A DNA stretch of 64,000 nucleotides from Solirubrobacteraceae bacterium (GTDB lineage Bacteria > Actinomycetota > Thermoleophilia > Solirubrobacterales > Solirubrobacteraceae), in assembly GCA_035650375.1 (NCBI GenBank), contig DASRHW010000105.1, forward strand, positions 4,858-68,857, read 5' to 3'. Positions 35,132-43,839 of the stretch are shown here, piece by piece. Position 1 is the stretch's first letter; each line of letters starts with the position of its first letter. The notes under the pieces are model-generated. The model saw nothing but the letters and a program-made list of their open reading frames with translations, was not told the DNA's origin and searched no databases. A program made the translations under genes and the position numbers.

Positions 35132-35815
35132 GTGGGCACCCGATGGGTTGCCGTGTTCGTGCACACCGACACAGCTCGTCCCCGTCAGAGATTGCGATCG
35201 CTGCGCTTCGCCGCCATCGTGGCAGCGCTGATCGCGGCGCTGCTCGTGGCATCGCTCGCGACGGCCGAGGCCAATACGAGCCACGCCGGCTGGCCGCGGA
35301 TCGACGGCATGCTGCTGATGAACAAGCTCGACCAGAGCCGGCCGCTCGACGCACGCCCGGGTCATGACCCGTTCGGTGGCACCGATCCGCGCTACCGCTG
35401 CGACGGCCTGCACAAGAGCCAATCGTGCTTCGCCGCGACCGCGCACGAGAGCGGCGACGGCTTCGTCGTCGCCGAGAGCGGCCGCCACAACGAGCTGCTC
35501 GGCGGCCACGGCGACGACACGATCTACGCCGGCCCCAACGGCGACGTGCTGTGGGGCGACTACAAGCCGTCGGGCCAGCCGGCGAGCCAGCACGACCGGA
35601 TCCTCGGCGGCCCCGGGCGCGACTTCATCTACGCGAGCCACGGGCTCAACGAGATCGATGCCGGCTCCGGCAAGGACGTCGTCCGGGCCCACTTCGGCCA
35701 CGGCATCATCGACTGCGGCGGTGGCGCCGACGTGCTCTACGTCAGCCGCAAGGCGCAGCGGAGCTACCGCATCAGCCACTGCGAGACGATCAGCCACAAG
35801 ACCCTCGGCTCCTGA
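35132..35815 (+). CDS. secreted protein with RTX-like calcium-binding repeats
   Basis: Signal-like LRSLRFAAIVAALIAALLVASLATAEA. Glycine/Asp nonapeptide-like repeats GGHGDDTIYAGPNGDVLWG, GGPGRDFIYAS, AGSGKDVV, GGGADVLYV. The start is uncertain (GTG at 35132 or TTG at 35192). Confidence 0.65.
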   Translation: MGTRWVAVFVHTDTARPRQRLRSLRFAAIVAALIAALLVASLATAEANTSHAGWPRIDGMLLMNKLDQSRPLDARPGHDPFGGTDPRYRCDGLHKSQSCFAATAHESGDGFVVAESGRHNELLGGHGDDTIYAGPNGDVLWGDYKPSGQPASQHDRILGGPGRDFIYASHGLNEIDAGSGKDVVRAHFGHGIIDCGGGADVLYVSRKAQRSYRISHCETISHKTLGS

Positions 35816-35916
35816 CAGCCGTGTGAGCCGACCGGCGCCGGCTCGGGTCCTCGCCTTGGGCCGGCGCCGCGCCGGTGCCGGCGGCTCCGACGCCGCCCGG
35901 CCATCCGTGATAGGAC

Positions 35917-35944
35917 TTAGGGTGCCCTTATTAGGGCTTCCTAA
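35917..35944. promoter_or_regulatory. two abutting DtxR/IdeR-type iron boxes TTAGGGTGCCCTTA + TTAGGGCTTCCTAA
   Basis: Read directly, 21 nt upstream of the binding-protein ATG (35965). The second box is a perfect TTAGG-N4-CCTAA. The first has one swapped arm position (CCTTA). Confidence 0.65.
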
Positions 35945-35964
35945 TCCCAATCGCTAGGACATAG

Positions 35965-36963
35965 ATGCCCCGAATCGTCTCGCGTGTCGCGATGCTCGCC
36001 GCCGCCCTCACCGCAATGCTCGCGCTGGCGGGCCCGGCTCTCGCCGCCCCTGTCGAGAGCGGCGCCTTCCCCGCCACCGTCAAACACAAGTTCGGTCAGA
36101 CGACGATCACCACGGAGCCAAAGCGCGTCGTCGTCGTCGGCCTTCGCGAGCAGGACGCGCTGCTGGCCCTCGGCGTCGTCCCCGTCGGCACGACGGAGTG
36201 GTTCGGCAATCACCCCGGCGCGATCTTCCCGTGGGCGAAGAAGGCGCTCGGCAAGGCGCCGGTCCCGAAGCGGCTCGGCTTCACCGACGGAATCGAGATC
36301 GAGAAGGTCGCGGCACTGCGGCCGGACCTGATCGTCGCCATCTACTCGGGGCTGGCGAAGAAGGACTACGACAAGCTGTCGAAGCTCGCCCCCACGATCG
36401 CCCAGCCACGCGGGCAGATCGACTGGGGCGCGTCGTGGCAGGACGACATCACGATGGTCGGTGCCGCCGTCGGCCGGCCCAAGGCCGCCGCTGCCTTGAA
36501 GGCCAAGTCCGTGGCGCTGATCGCCGCTGCCGCGAAGAAGCATCCGGAGTTCAAGGGACAGACCGGCGCCGTCGCCACCCCCTACGAGGGCATCTACGTC
36601 TACGCCCCGGCCGACGCCCGCTCGCGCTTCCTGACCGATCTCGGCTTCACCTTCCCGAAGGCGCTGCGCAAGATCGGCGGCAAGGACTTCGGCGGGCAGC
36701 TCGCCGCGGAGAAGATCGGGCTGCTCGACGTCGGTGCGCTGATCTGGTTCGCCGGCCCCGGTCCCGCGGCGAAGATCAAGAAGAACCGCCTCTACGCGAC
36801 GCTCAACGTTCATACGCAGGGCCGCGACATCTTCATCCCGGAGAAGGGGACGCTCTACGAGGCGACCTCATTTCTCAGCGTGTTGAGCATCCCGCTGCTG
36901 GTGGACAAGCTCGTGCCGAGGATCGCGGCCGCCGCCGACGGCAACCCGGCGACGAAGGCGTGA
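35965..36963 (+). CDS. iron-siderophore ABC transporter substrate-binding protein (paralog A)
   Basis: Signal peptide. ..FPATVKHKFGQTTITTEPKRVVVVGLREQDALLALGVVPVGTTEW.. is typical of actinobacterial siderophore-binding proteins. It is colinear by eye with the ORF at 42725-43765 (identity not computed). Confidence 0.88.
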   Translation: MPRIVSRVAMLAAALTAMLALAGPALAAPVESGAFPATVKHKFGQTTITTEPKRVVVVGLREQDALLALGVVPVGTTEWFGNHPGAIFPWAKKALGKAPVPKRLGFTDGIEIEKVAALRPDLIVAIYSGLAKKDYDKLSKLAPTIAQPRGQIDWGASWQDDITMVGAAVGRPKAAAALKAKSVALIAAAAKKHPEFKGQTGAVATPYEGIYVYAPADARSRFLTDLGFTFPKALRKIGGKDFGGQLAAEKIGLLDVGALIWFAGPGPAAKIKKNRLYATLNVHTQGRDIFIPEKGTLYEATSFLSVLSIPLLVDKLVPRIAAAADGNPATKA

Positions 36964-36988
36964 TGCCGGCGCCGCCGCCCGGCTCGCG

Positions 36989-37837
36989 CTAGGCCGTCGA
37001 GATGACCGTGGCATCGGCGGCTCGAGCGAGCCGCCGATGCCGCGAGGCCGGCACCACCAACGGGGTGCCCGACTCCGGGTCGGAGATCACCGTGCAGCGC
37101 ATGCCGAAGACCGATTCGACCATCGCCGCGTCGACGATCTCCGACGGCGGCCCCTGGGCGACGATCCGGCCGTCGGCCATCGCGATCAGGTGCGTGCCGT
37201 AGCGACATGCGTGGTTGAGGTCGTGCAGCACCGCGACGAGCGTGTGGCCGCGCGTCTCGTGCAGGTCGGCGCAGAGATCGAGCACCTCGATCTGATGGGC
37301 GATGTCGAGGAACGTCGTCGGCTCGTCGAGCAGCAGGATCGGCGTCTCCTGCGCCAGCGCCATCGCCAGCCAGACCCGTTGCCGCTGGCCCCCGGAGAGC
37401 TCGTCGACGGCACGCTCGGCGAGATCCTCGGTCCGCGTCGCCGCCAACGCCGCGCCGACGGCGCGCTCGTCGTCGTCAGACCACTGCCGCAGCATCCCCT
37501 GGTGCGGATAGCGGCCGCGCGCGACGAGGTCGGAGACCGTGATCGCGTCCGGGGCCGTCGAGCTCTGCGGCAGCAGGCCCAGACGCCGCGCGACCTCCTT
37601 GGACCTGAACGACGAGATCTTCTCGCCGTCGAGGATCACCGCGCCCTGCCGCGGCTTGAGCATCCGCGCCAGCGCTCGCAGCATCGTCGACTTGCCGCAC
37701 GCGTTGGGCCCGACGACGACCGTGAACGAGCCGTCGGGGATGCGGACGTCGAGCCCTTCCGAGACGGGCCGTCCGTCGTAGGCCAGCGTCAATCCGTGGC
37801 CGCGCAGACGCGGCTCCATCGTTGTGACGTCGTTCAT
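36989..37837 (-). CDS. iron-siderophore ABC transporter ATP-binding protein (FepC/FecE-like)
   Basis: Walker A GPNACGKST, LSGGQRQR, Walker B LLLDEPTTFLD. The ATG at 37837 overlaps the permease stop (ATGA). The 665-aa track ORF is an artefactual extension. Confidence 0.9.
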   Translation of the reverse strand: MNDVTTMEPRLRGHGLTLAYDGRPVSEGLDVRIPDGSFTVVVGPNACGKSTMLRALARMLKPRQGAVILDGEKISSFRSKEVARRLGLLPQSSTAPDAITVSDLVARGRYPHQGMLRQWSDDDERAVGAALAATRTEDLAERAVDELSGGQRQRVWLAMALAQETPILLLDEPTTFLDIAHQIEVLDLCADLHETRGHTLVAVLHDLNHACRYGTHLIAMADGRIVAQGPPSEIVDAAMVESVFGMRCTVISDPESGTPLVVPASRHRRLARAADATVISTA

Positions 37838-38865
37838 GACGAGCCCTTCTTCCATTCGCGAGAGAGCATCCAGATCAGGTAGCCGCCGCCGAGCACGCCG
37901 GTCGTGATGCCGACCGGCAGCTGCGTCGCGCTGAAGGTGTGCTGGGTCAGCAGATCGCTGGCGAGCAGCAGCGCCGCGCCCATCGCGCCGGCAGCGCCGA
38001 GGCCGGGACCGGAGGCACGCGTCAGGCGCCGCGCGATCTGCGGCGCCGCGAGGGCGACGAACGCGATCGGCCCGGCAGCCGCCGTCGCGACCGCCGTCAG
38101 CGCCACCCCCACAAGGATCAGCGCCAACCGCGTGCGCTCGACCGCGATCCCGAGCGCCTTCGCGGCGTCGTCGCCCATCTCGAGGATCCGCAGCGGCCTC
38201 GACAGGACGATCAGCGCCGGTGTCAGCACCAGCAGCGTCAGCGCCAGCGGATGAACGTGCTCCCAGCCACGCCCGTTGAGGGAGCCCCGCATCCAGATCG
38301 CCGCCTCGTACGCGTCGTCGATTCGCGCGCGCGTCATCAGGTAGTCGATCAGCGCGTAGAGCATCGCGCTGAGCGCGATACCGACGAGCACCAGCCGGTA
38401 GCCCTGGACCCCACCGCGGTAGGCGAGCAGGTAGACGGCGACGGTCGTCAGCAGTCCTCCGGCAAGCGCGCTGCCCGCGACCCCGAACGAGCCCGCGTTG
38501 AAGATCACGATCCCGAACACCGCGGCCGCCGAGGCACCGGCGGTGAAGCCGATGATGTCGGGGCTGCCGAGCGGATTGCGCGTGATGCTCTGGAAGATCG
38601 CTCCGGCGATGCCGAGCGCGGCCCCGACGAGCAGCGCCGTCAGCGCCCGCGGCAGCCGCAGCGTCTCGAGCACGAACGTCGTGCCCGCGTCGCCGTGGCC
38701 GAGCAACGTCTCCACGACGCGCCCTGGCGGGATCGGGTAGTCGCCGGTGCCGATCGCGAGCACGAACAACGCCAGCGTCGTCGCGCACAGCCCTGTGACG
38801 GTGACGACCGTCCGTGTATGGACACGGAAGACGAGCCCGATCGGGTGCAGCGCGACGGTCCTCAC
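37834..38865 (-). CDS. FecCD-family iron-siderophore ABC permease
   Basis: ..LRLPRALTALLVGAALGIAGAIFQSITRNPLGSPDIIGFTAGA.. signature. The GTG start overlaps the upstream stop. Confidence 0.9.
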   Translation of the reverse strand: MRTVALHPIGLVFRVHTRTVVTVTGLCATTLALFVLAIGTGDYPIPPGRVVETLLGHGDAGTTFVLETLRLPRALTALLVGAALGIAGAIFQSITRNPLGSPDIIGFTAGASAAAVFGIVIFNAGSFGVAGSALAGGLLTTVAVYLLAYRGGVQGYRLVLVGIALSAMLYALIDYLMTRARIDDAYEAAIWMRGSLNGRGWEHVHPLALTLLVLTPALIVLSRPLRILEMGDDAAKALGIAVERTRLALILVGVALTAVATAAAGPIAFVALAAPQIARRLTRASGPGLGAAGAMGAALLLASDLLTQHTFSATQLPVGITTGVLGGGYLIWMLSREWKKGSS

Positions 38866-39926
38866 AGCTGCGCGATCCGTCGCCGGCGCACGAGCGCGAT
38901 GAACACGGGAGCCCCGATGACGGCGGTGACGATGCCGACCTGGAGCTCGCTCGGACGCTCGATCCAGCGCCCGATGATGTCAGCACCCAGCAGCAGGATG
39001 CCCGCCAGCACCGCTGAGTAGGGCAGCACCCAGCGCTGATCGGTCCCGGCGATGGCGCGGGCGACGTGCGGGACCGTCAGGCCGACGAAGACGATCGGAC
39101 CGGCGGCCGCCGTCGCGGCGCCGCACAGCAGCGTCACCGACAGCGCGCCGAGTGCGCGCGTGCGGCCCGGATGGGCGCCGAGTGCCCTGCCGGCGTCATC
39201 GCCGAGCCCGATCGCGTTCAGCGGCCGCGCCAGCGCCAGCGCGATCAACAAGCCGACGCCGATGAACGGCGCGATCTGGCGGTTCAGCACGCCGTCAGCA
39301 GCTGCCAGGGAACCGACCGACCAGAAGTTGTACGTGATGAACGCCTGCCGATCGATCAGGGTGATGCCGTAGACGATCGCCATCAGCGCCGCGGTCACGG
39401 CGGTGCCCGCCAGCGCCAGCCGCACCGGCGTGGCACCGCTGCGGCCAGTCGCGCCGAGGCCGTAGACGAGGATCGCGGCGAACGCCGCGCCGGCGAACGA
39501 AAACCAGATGTAGACGAGCGGGTTGGTCGTCCCGAGCAGCGCGACGGCGGCAACGATCGCCACCGACGCCCCGGCGTTGACTCCCAACAGCCCGGGGTCG
39601 GCGAGCGGGTTGCGCGTCAGTCCCTGCATCAGGGCGCCCGCGACGCCGAGCGCCGACCCGACGAGCAGGCCGAGGATCGTCCGCGGAATCCGCAGGTCGT
39701 GGACGATGATCGACTCGTCCGAGCCGTCCGGGTGCCAGAGCAGCTCCCAGACCCGTCCCGGCGCGATGCCGCGCGCGCCGATCGCGACGCTCAGCAGCGC
39801 CACCGCGACGAGCACGACGATGACCGCGATCAGCCCGAGCCGGCGCCGGCGCGCGACCGCGGCAGGCGCCGGACGTGGCGCCCTCGGCGCCCCCGCACGC
39901 TCGTCGATCCCAATCGAGGCCGCCAT
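38862..39926 (-). CDS. FecCD-family iron-siderophore ABC permease
   Basis: ..LRIPRTILGLLVGSALGVAGALMQGLTRNPLADPGLLGVNAGA.. signature. It starts 2 nt after the SIP stop. Confidence 0.9.
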   Translation of the reverse strand: MAASIGIDERAGAPRAPRPAPAAVARRRRLGLIAVIVVLVAVALLSVAIGARGIAPGRVWELLWHPDGSDESIIVHDLRIPRTILGLLVGSALGVAGALMQGLTRNPLADPGLLGVNAGASVAIVAAVALLGTTNPLVYIWFSFAGAAFAAILVYGLGATGRSGATPVRLALAGTAVTAALMAIVYGITLIDRQAFITYNFWSVGSLAAADGVLNRQIAPFIGVGLLIALALARPLNAIGLGDDAGRALGAHPGRTRALGALSVTLLCGAATAAAGPIVFVGLTVPHVARAIAGTDQRWVLPYSAVLAGILLLGADIIGRWIERPSELQVGIVTAVIGAPVFIALVRRRRIAQL

Positions 39927-39928
39927 CG

Positions 39929-40753
39929 CTACTCGACGTCGTCAGGCGTGTCGCGGTGCTTCCAGTAGCCGATCGCCTGCATCGGCCCGATCGCGTAGCC
40001 GCGTTCGTCGCGCAGGTACTCGCGCAGCCGGCGCACGACAAGCGCCTCGCCGGCGACCCAGACCTTCGGGTCACCGCTCGGCAGCTCGGCGTCGCGCACC
40101 GCCCGCTCGAGAAGATGCCCTCGCCCAGCCGGTACGCCCTGGCGATCGACCCATGTCAGCGTCAGCGCGGCGTCGCCGCACAGATCCTGGCGCTCGTGAG
40201 CGTCCGCGACCTCGACGAACGCAACGACGGGGTGCCCCGCGGGCAGCCGCTCGATCGTCGCCGCGATCGACGGCAGCGCGGTCTCGTCGCCGGCCAGCAG
40301 CGTCCAGTCGGCATCCGGCACCGTCTCGTAGTGCACGCGCGGTCCGGCGATGGCAACCGTGTCGCCCGGCAACACGGCGCCGGCCCAGCGCGAGCCTTGG
40401 CCGCCGTCGCCATGGAGCACGACGTCGATCGTCACCGCGGGCCGGTGTGGGTCGTAAGCGCGAATCGAGTAGTTGCGCGCGTGCTGTTCGGGGGTCCCGG
40501 GCGGAAAGCGCCAGCCCGCGAGCGGCAGCACGACGTCGTCGCGCCCGAGGGCGGGCCAGATCAACGTCAGGATCTCGCCGGGCTCTTCGTCGGGGAAACC
40601 GGCGACGACGACGCCCCCGAGCGTGATCCGCGCCATGCGCGGCGTCGGGCGCTCGACGGCGACGACCTCGGCGACGCCGGTTCGCAGTGGGAACGGGCGC
40701 TCGGAGGCGGCTTCCGGCGCAGCCGGTTCGTCTGCTGCTTTGGCGGCAGGCAT
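39929..40753 (-). CDS. siderophore-interacting protein (SIP/ViuB-type ferric-siderophore reductase)
   Basis: FAD-binding-9 N-domain (..ARNYSIRAYDP..) and SIP C-domain (..LLAGDETALPSIAATIE..VWVAGEALVVRRLREYL..IGYWKH..). An iron box overlaps its ATG. Confidence 0.85.
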   Translation of the reverse strand: MPAAKAADEPAAPEAASERPFPLRTGVAEVVAVERPTPRMARITLGGVVVAGFPDEEPGEILTLIWPALGRDDVVLPLAGWRFPPGTPEQHARNYSIRAYDPHRPAVTIDVVLHGDGGQGSRWAGAVLPGDTVAIAGPRVHYETVPDADWTLLAGDETALPSIAATIERLPAGHPVVAFVEVADAHERQDLCGDAALTLTWVDRQGVPAGRGHLLERAVRDAELPSGDPKVWVAGEALVVRRLREYLRDERGYAIGPMQAIGYWKHRDTPDDVE

Positions 40754-40766
40754 TAGGTCACCCTAA
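40753..40766. promoter_or_regulatory. DtxR/IdeR-type iron box core TTAGGTCACCCTAA
   Basis: Perfect TTAGG-N4-CCTAA. Its first T is the T of the reverse-strand ATG of the SIP gene. The 19-mer matches 14/19 of the IdeR consensus. Confidence 0.7.
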
Positions 40767-40831
40767 CTGATCCCTCGCGCCCCTTCGATGCCCTTCCCTC
40801 GGCGCGCACGCCGTCCGCTGCTACCGCGAGC

Positions 40832-42664
40832 TCAGCGAGTGGCCTGCTCGGGGACGCTGCCGACACCTGCCAGATCGCCGGTCTGAACCGACCACAGCGC
40901 CGAATAGCGACCGCGATGCGCGAGCAGCTGGTCGTGCGTGCCCGACTCGACGATCACGCCCTCGTGCAGGACGTGGATCCGGTCGGCGTGGCGGACCGTC
41001 GACAGGCGATGAGCGATCACGATCGTCGTCCGCTCGTGGCTGACACGTGCCAGGGATCGCTGGATCGCGGCTACGGTCTCGTTGTCGACGGCGCTCGTCG
41101 CCTCGTCGAGGACGAGGATCGCCGGATCGCGCACGAGCGCGCGAGCGATCGTCAAGCGCTGGCGCTGGCCGCCGGACAGGCGTATCCCGCGCTCACCGAT
41201 CTGGGTCTCATACCCCTGTGGCAACGCGCTCAGGAAGCCGTGTGCCTCGGCCGTCTCGGCGGCGCTTCGCAGCGTCGCCTCGCCGGCCTCGGGAGTCCCG
41301 TAGCGCAGGTTCTCGGCGACCGTCCCGTCGAACAGGAACGCATCCTGCGAGACGTATCCGATGCCCCCGCGGAGTGCCCTGAGCGTCAGCGCGTCGATCG
41401 GCACGCCGTCGATCGAGATCGTCCCGGAGTCGGCGTCGTAGAGGCGCAGCAGCAGCTTGACGACCGTCGACTTGCCCGAGCCGGTCGCGCCGACGATCGC
41501 GTGGGTCTCCCCTGCGGGAACGTCGAGGTCGAGTCCGCGCAGGACCGGCGTACGTACATCTCCCTCCGCGTCGCGGTAGTCGAACGAGACGCCCTCGAAG
41601 CGGACGGCGCCCGCGAGCGTGCCCTCAGCCACATCGGGCAGTCCGCGATCGCCGCCGGCGATCCCGACCGGCTGGTCGACCAGATCGAGGATCCGCGCCG
41701 TCGAGGCCATGCCGCGCTGGTAGAGGTCGAGCGTCTCGCCGAGGTCGGTCAGCGGCCACAGCAGGCGTTGCGTCATGAACACGAGCACCGAGTAGAGACC
41801 GATCTCGAGCTCGCCGTTGAGCGCCATGTGGCCGCCGACGACGAGCGTGACGATGAAGCCGGCGAGGATCGCCATCCGGATCAGCGGCACGAACGCCGAG
41901 CTCAGCGTGATCGCCTTCGCGTTCGCGTCCGCGTAGGCACGCGAAGCGCGATCGAGACGTGCGCGCTCGGTCTCTTCGGTGCCGAACGCCTTGATCGTCG
42001 CGATGCCGCCGAGGTTGCCGCCGATCAGGCCACCGAGCTCGCCGGCGCGATCGCGAACGTCGACGTAGCGCGGCTGCAGGCGCCGCTGGAACAGCAGTGA
42101 GCCGGCGACGATCACGGGGATCGGCAGGATCGCCAGCACTGCCAGCAACGGCGAGATGATGAAGAACATCAGGCTGACCGCGACGACGGTCGTCGCCGTG
42201 CCGATGATCCGCAGCGCGCCGACGTCGAGAAACCGCTCGAGCTGGTTGACGTCGTCGTTGAGGACCGTCGCGATGCGCCCCGTCGCGCGGTCTTCGAACC
42301 AGGCGAGCTCGAGCTCCTGGACGCGCCCATAGGCATCGAGGCGCAGGTCGTGCTGAATCGCTTGCGCGAGGTTGCGCCACGTCCGCTCGGCGAGGTACTC
42401 GGTCAGCGATTCGACGATCCAGATCACCGCCGTGATCGCGGCGAGCACGAGCAGCTGCTGCTCGCGGTCGGGCAGACCGAAGATCTGCCCGACGAAGCTG
42501 TCGCGCTCGCGCACGACGACGTCGATCGCGACACCGATCAGGAGCTCTGGGCCGACGTCGCAGACGTTGTTGGCGATCGCCAGCAGCGTGCCACGGACGA
42601 TTCGGTCGCGGTAGCGCGGAACACGTTGCCAGAGTCGCTTCAACGGATGCACATTCGGCTCCAA
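40832..42664 (-). CDS. ABC transporter, fused permease/ATPase of exporter (type IV, MsbA-like) fold
   Basis: Six-TM N-domain and a C-terminal NBD (Walker A GATGSGKST, LSGGQRQR, Walker B LVLDEATSAVD). TTG at 42664 or GTG at 42652 as start. Only one such half-transporter gene is present. Confidence 0.88.
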   Translation of the reverse strand: MEPNVHPLKRLWQRVPRYRDRIVRGTLLAIANNVCDVGPELLIGVAIDVVVRERDSFVGQIFGLPDREQQLLVLAAITAVIWIVESLTEYLAERTWRNLAQAIQHDLRLDAYGRVQELELAWFEDRATGRIATVLNDDVNQLERFLDVGALRIIGTATTVVAVSLMFFIISPLLAVLAILPIPVIVAGSLLFQRRLQPRYVDVRDRAGELGGLIGGNLGGIATIKAFGTEETERARLDRASRAYADANAKAITLSSAFVPLIRMAILAGFIVTLVVGGHMALNGELEIGLYSVLVFMTQRLLWPLTDLGETLDLYQRGMASTARILDLVDQPVGIAGGDRGLPDVAEGTLAGAVRFEGVSFDYRDAEGDVRTPVLRGLDLDVPAGETHAIVGATGSGKSTVVKLLLRLYDADSGTISIDGVPIDALTLRALRGGIGYVSQDAFLFDGTVAENLRYGTPEAGEATLRSAAETAEAHGFLSALPQGYETQIGERGIRLSGGQRQRLTIARALVRDPAILVLDEATSAVDNETVAAIQRSLARVSHERTTIVIAHRLSTVRHADRIHVLHEGVIVESGTHDQLLAHRGRYSALWSVQTGDLAGVGSVPEQATR

Positions 42665-42706
42665 GTTTGCTCAAGAGCCGACGCCAAGCCGCCCCCCTAC
42701 GTATGA

Positions 42707-42720
42707 TTAGGGCACCCTAA
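42707..42720. promoter_or_regulatory. DtxR/IdeR-type iron box core TTAGGGCACCCTAA
   Basis: Perfect TTAGG-N4-CCTAA in the 60-bp divergent region between the exporter-fold ABC gene and binding-protein paralog B. It ends 4 nt before the ATG at 42725. Confidence 0.7.
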
Positions 42721-42724
42721 CTCA

Positions 42725-43765
42725 ATGACAAGGACCGTGCTCGTGCCCATTGCCTCCCGTGCCCGTCGCAGAACGATTATCGCCGCCTTGCTGCTCGCGG
42801 CCCTCGCACTCTGCTGGCACGCACCCGCCGCGCCCGCCGCAGACGGCCAGTTTCCGGTCACCGTGACGCACAAGTTCGGCACGACCACCGTCAAGGCAGC
42901 ACCGAAGCGGGTCGTCGTGGTCGGCCTGACCGAGCAGGACACGCTGCTCGCGCTCGGCATCAAGCCCGTCGCGACGACCGAGTGGTACGGCAAGCAGCCG
43001 TATGCGGTCTGGCCTTGGGCGCGCAAGGCGCTCGGCTCCGCGAAGCCGACCGTGCTCAGCAACGCCGACGGCTTCCAGTACGAGCGAATCGCCAAGTTGC
43101 GCCCCGATCTGATCATCGGCACGAACTCGGGCATGAAGAGCAGCGACTACAAGAAGCTGTCGGCAATCGCGCCGACGATCGCGGCCGGCAAGGGCAGCAC
43201 GGATTACTTCTCGCCCTGGGACGCGCAGACGGTGCTGATCGCCAAGGCCGTCGGCAAGCAGGCGGCCGGTCGCGCGCTCGTGGCCAAGATCAAGGCGAGC
43301 TACGCCAAGGTTGCGGCGGCGCATCCGGAGTTTCGCGGCAAGACCGCGACGTTCAGCCAGAACGGGTTCTACGACGGCCAGATCTACGTCTACCCGGCCG
43401 GACTCAACACCGAGTTCCTGACCTACCTCGGCTTCACGATGAACCCCAAGATCACCGCGCTGGCGAAGAAGCGCGGCGAGCAGGTCGGCATCTCGGCCGA
43501 GCGCCTCAGCGTGCTCGACGCCGACGCGATCGTGTTCGCGACCGAGGCCGTGTCGGACATCGCGAAGCTCAAGAAGGTCCCGACCTTCAACAGGCTCGCG
43601 GCGGTCAAGGAGCACCGCAGCGTCTACACCAACGGCACCCTCGCCGGCGCGATCTACTTCATGAGCCCGCTGAGCCTGCCGTATGCCCTCGAGCGGCTGG
43701 CGCCGGAGCTGGCCAAGGCCGTCGCCGGCAAGGCGCCACAGCGGGTGATCGGCACTCGCGGCTGA
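42725..43765 (+). CDS. iron-siderophore ABC transporter substrate-binding protein (paralog B)
   Basis: Signal peptide, then ..FPVTVTHKFGTTTVKAAPKRVVVVGLTEQDTLLALGIKPVATTEW... Colinear with paralog A. Confidence 0.88.
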   Translation: MTRTVLVPIASRARRRTIIAALLLAALALCWHAPAAPAADGQFPVTVTHKFGTTTVKAAPKRVVVVGLTEQDTLLALGIKPVATTEWYGKQPYAVWPWARKALGSAKPTVLSNADGFQYERIAKLRPDLIIGTNSGMKSSDYKKLSAIAPTIAAGKGSTDYFSPWDAQTVLIAKAVGKQAAGRALVAKIKASYAKVAAAHPEFRGKTATFSQNGFYDGQIYVYPAGLNTEFLTYLGFTMNPKITALAKKRGEQVGISAERLSVLDADAIVFATEAVSDIAKLKKVPTFNRLAAVKEHRSVYTNGTLAGAIYFMSPLSLPYALERLAPELAKAVAGKAPQRVIGTRG

Positions 43766-43773
43766 GCTCGGTT

Positions 43774-43799
43774 GTGGCGCCAGCAGCTGCCGGCGCCAC
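43774..43799. terminator. hairpin GTGGCGCC-N10-GGCGCCAC after binding-protein gene
   Basis: 8-bp perfect stem read directly, 9 nt after the stop. No U-tract. Confidence 0.4.
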
Positions 43800-43839
43800 A
43801 CTCCGCTCAGCGGCCACCGGCGTCGTCATCGTCGGCGGC

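Noticed and set aside
35132-35815. RTX cytotoxin or hemophore interpretation of the calcium-binding-repeat protein.
   Set aside because: It is far too small for an RTX toxin, it has a Sec signal rather than a T1SS context, and it shows no heme-binding motif I can recognise. It is kept only as a low-interest curiosity.
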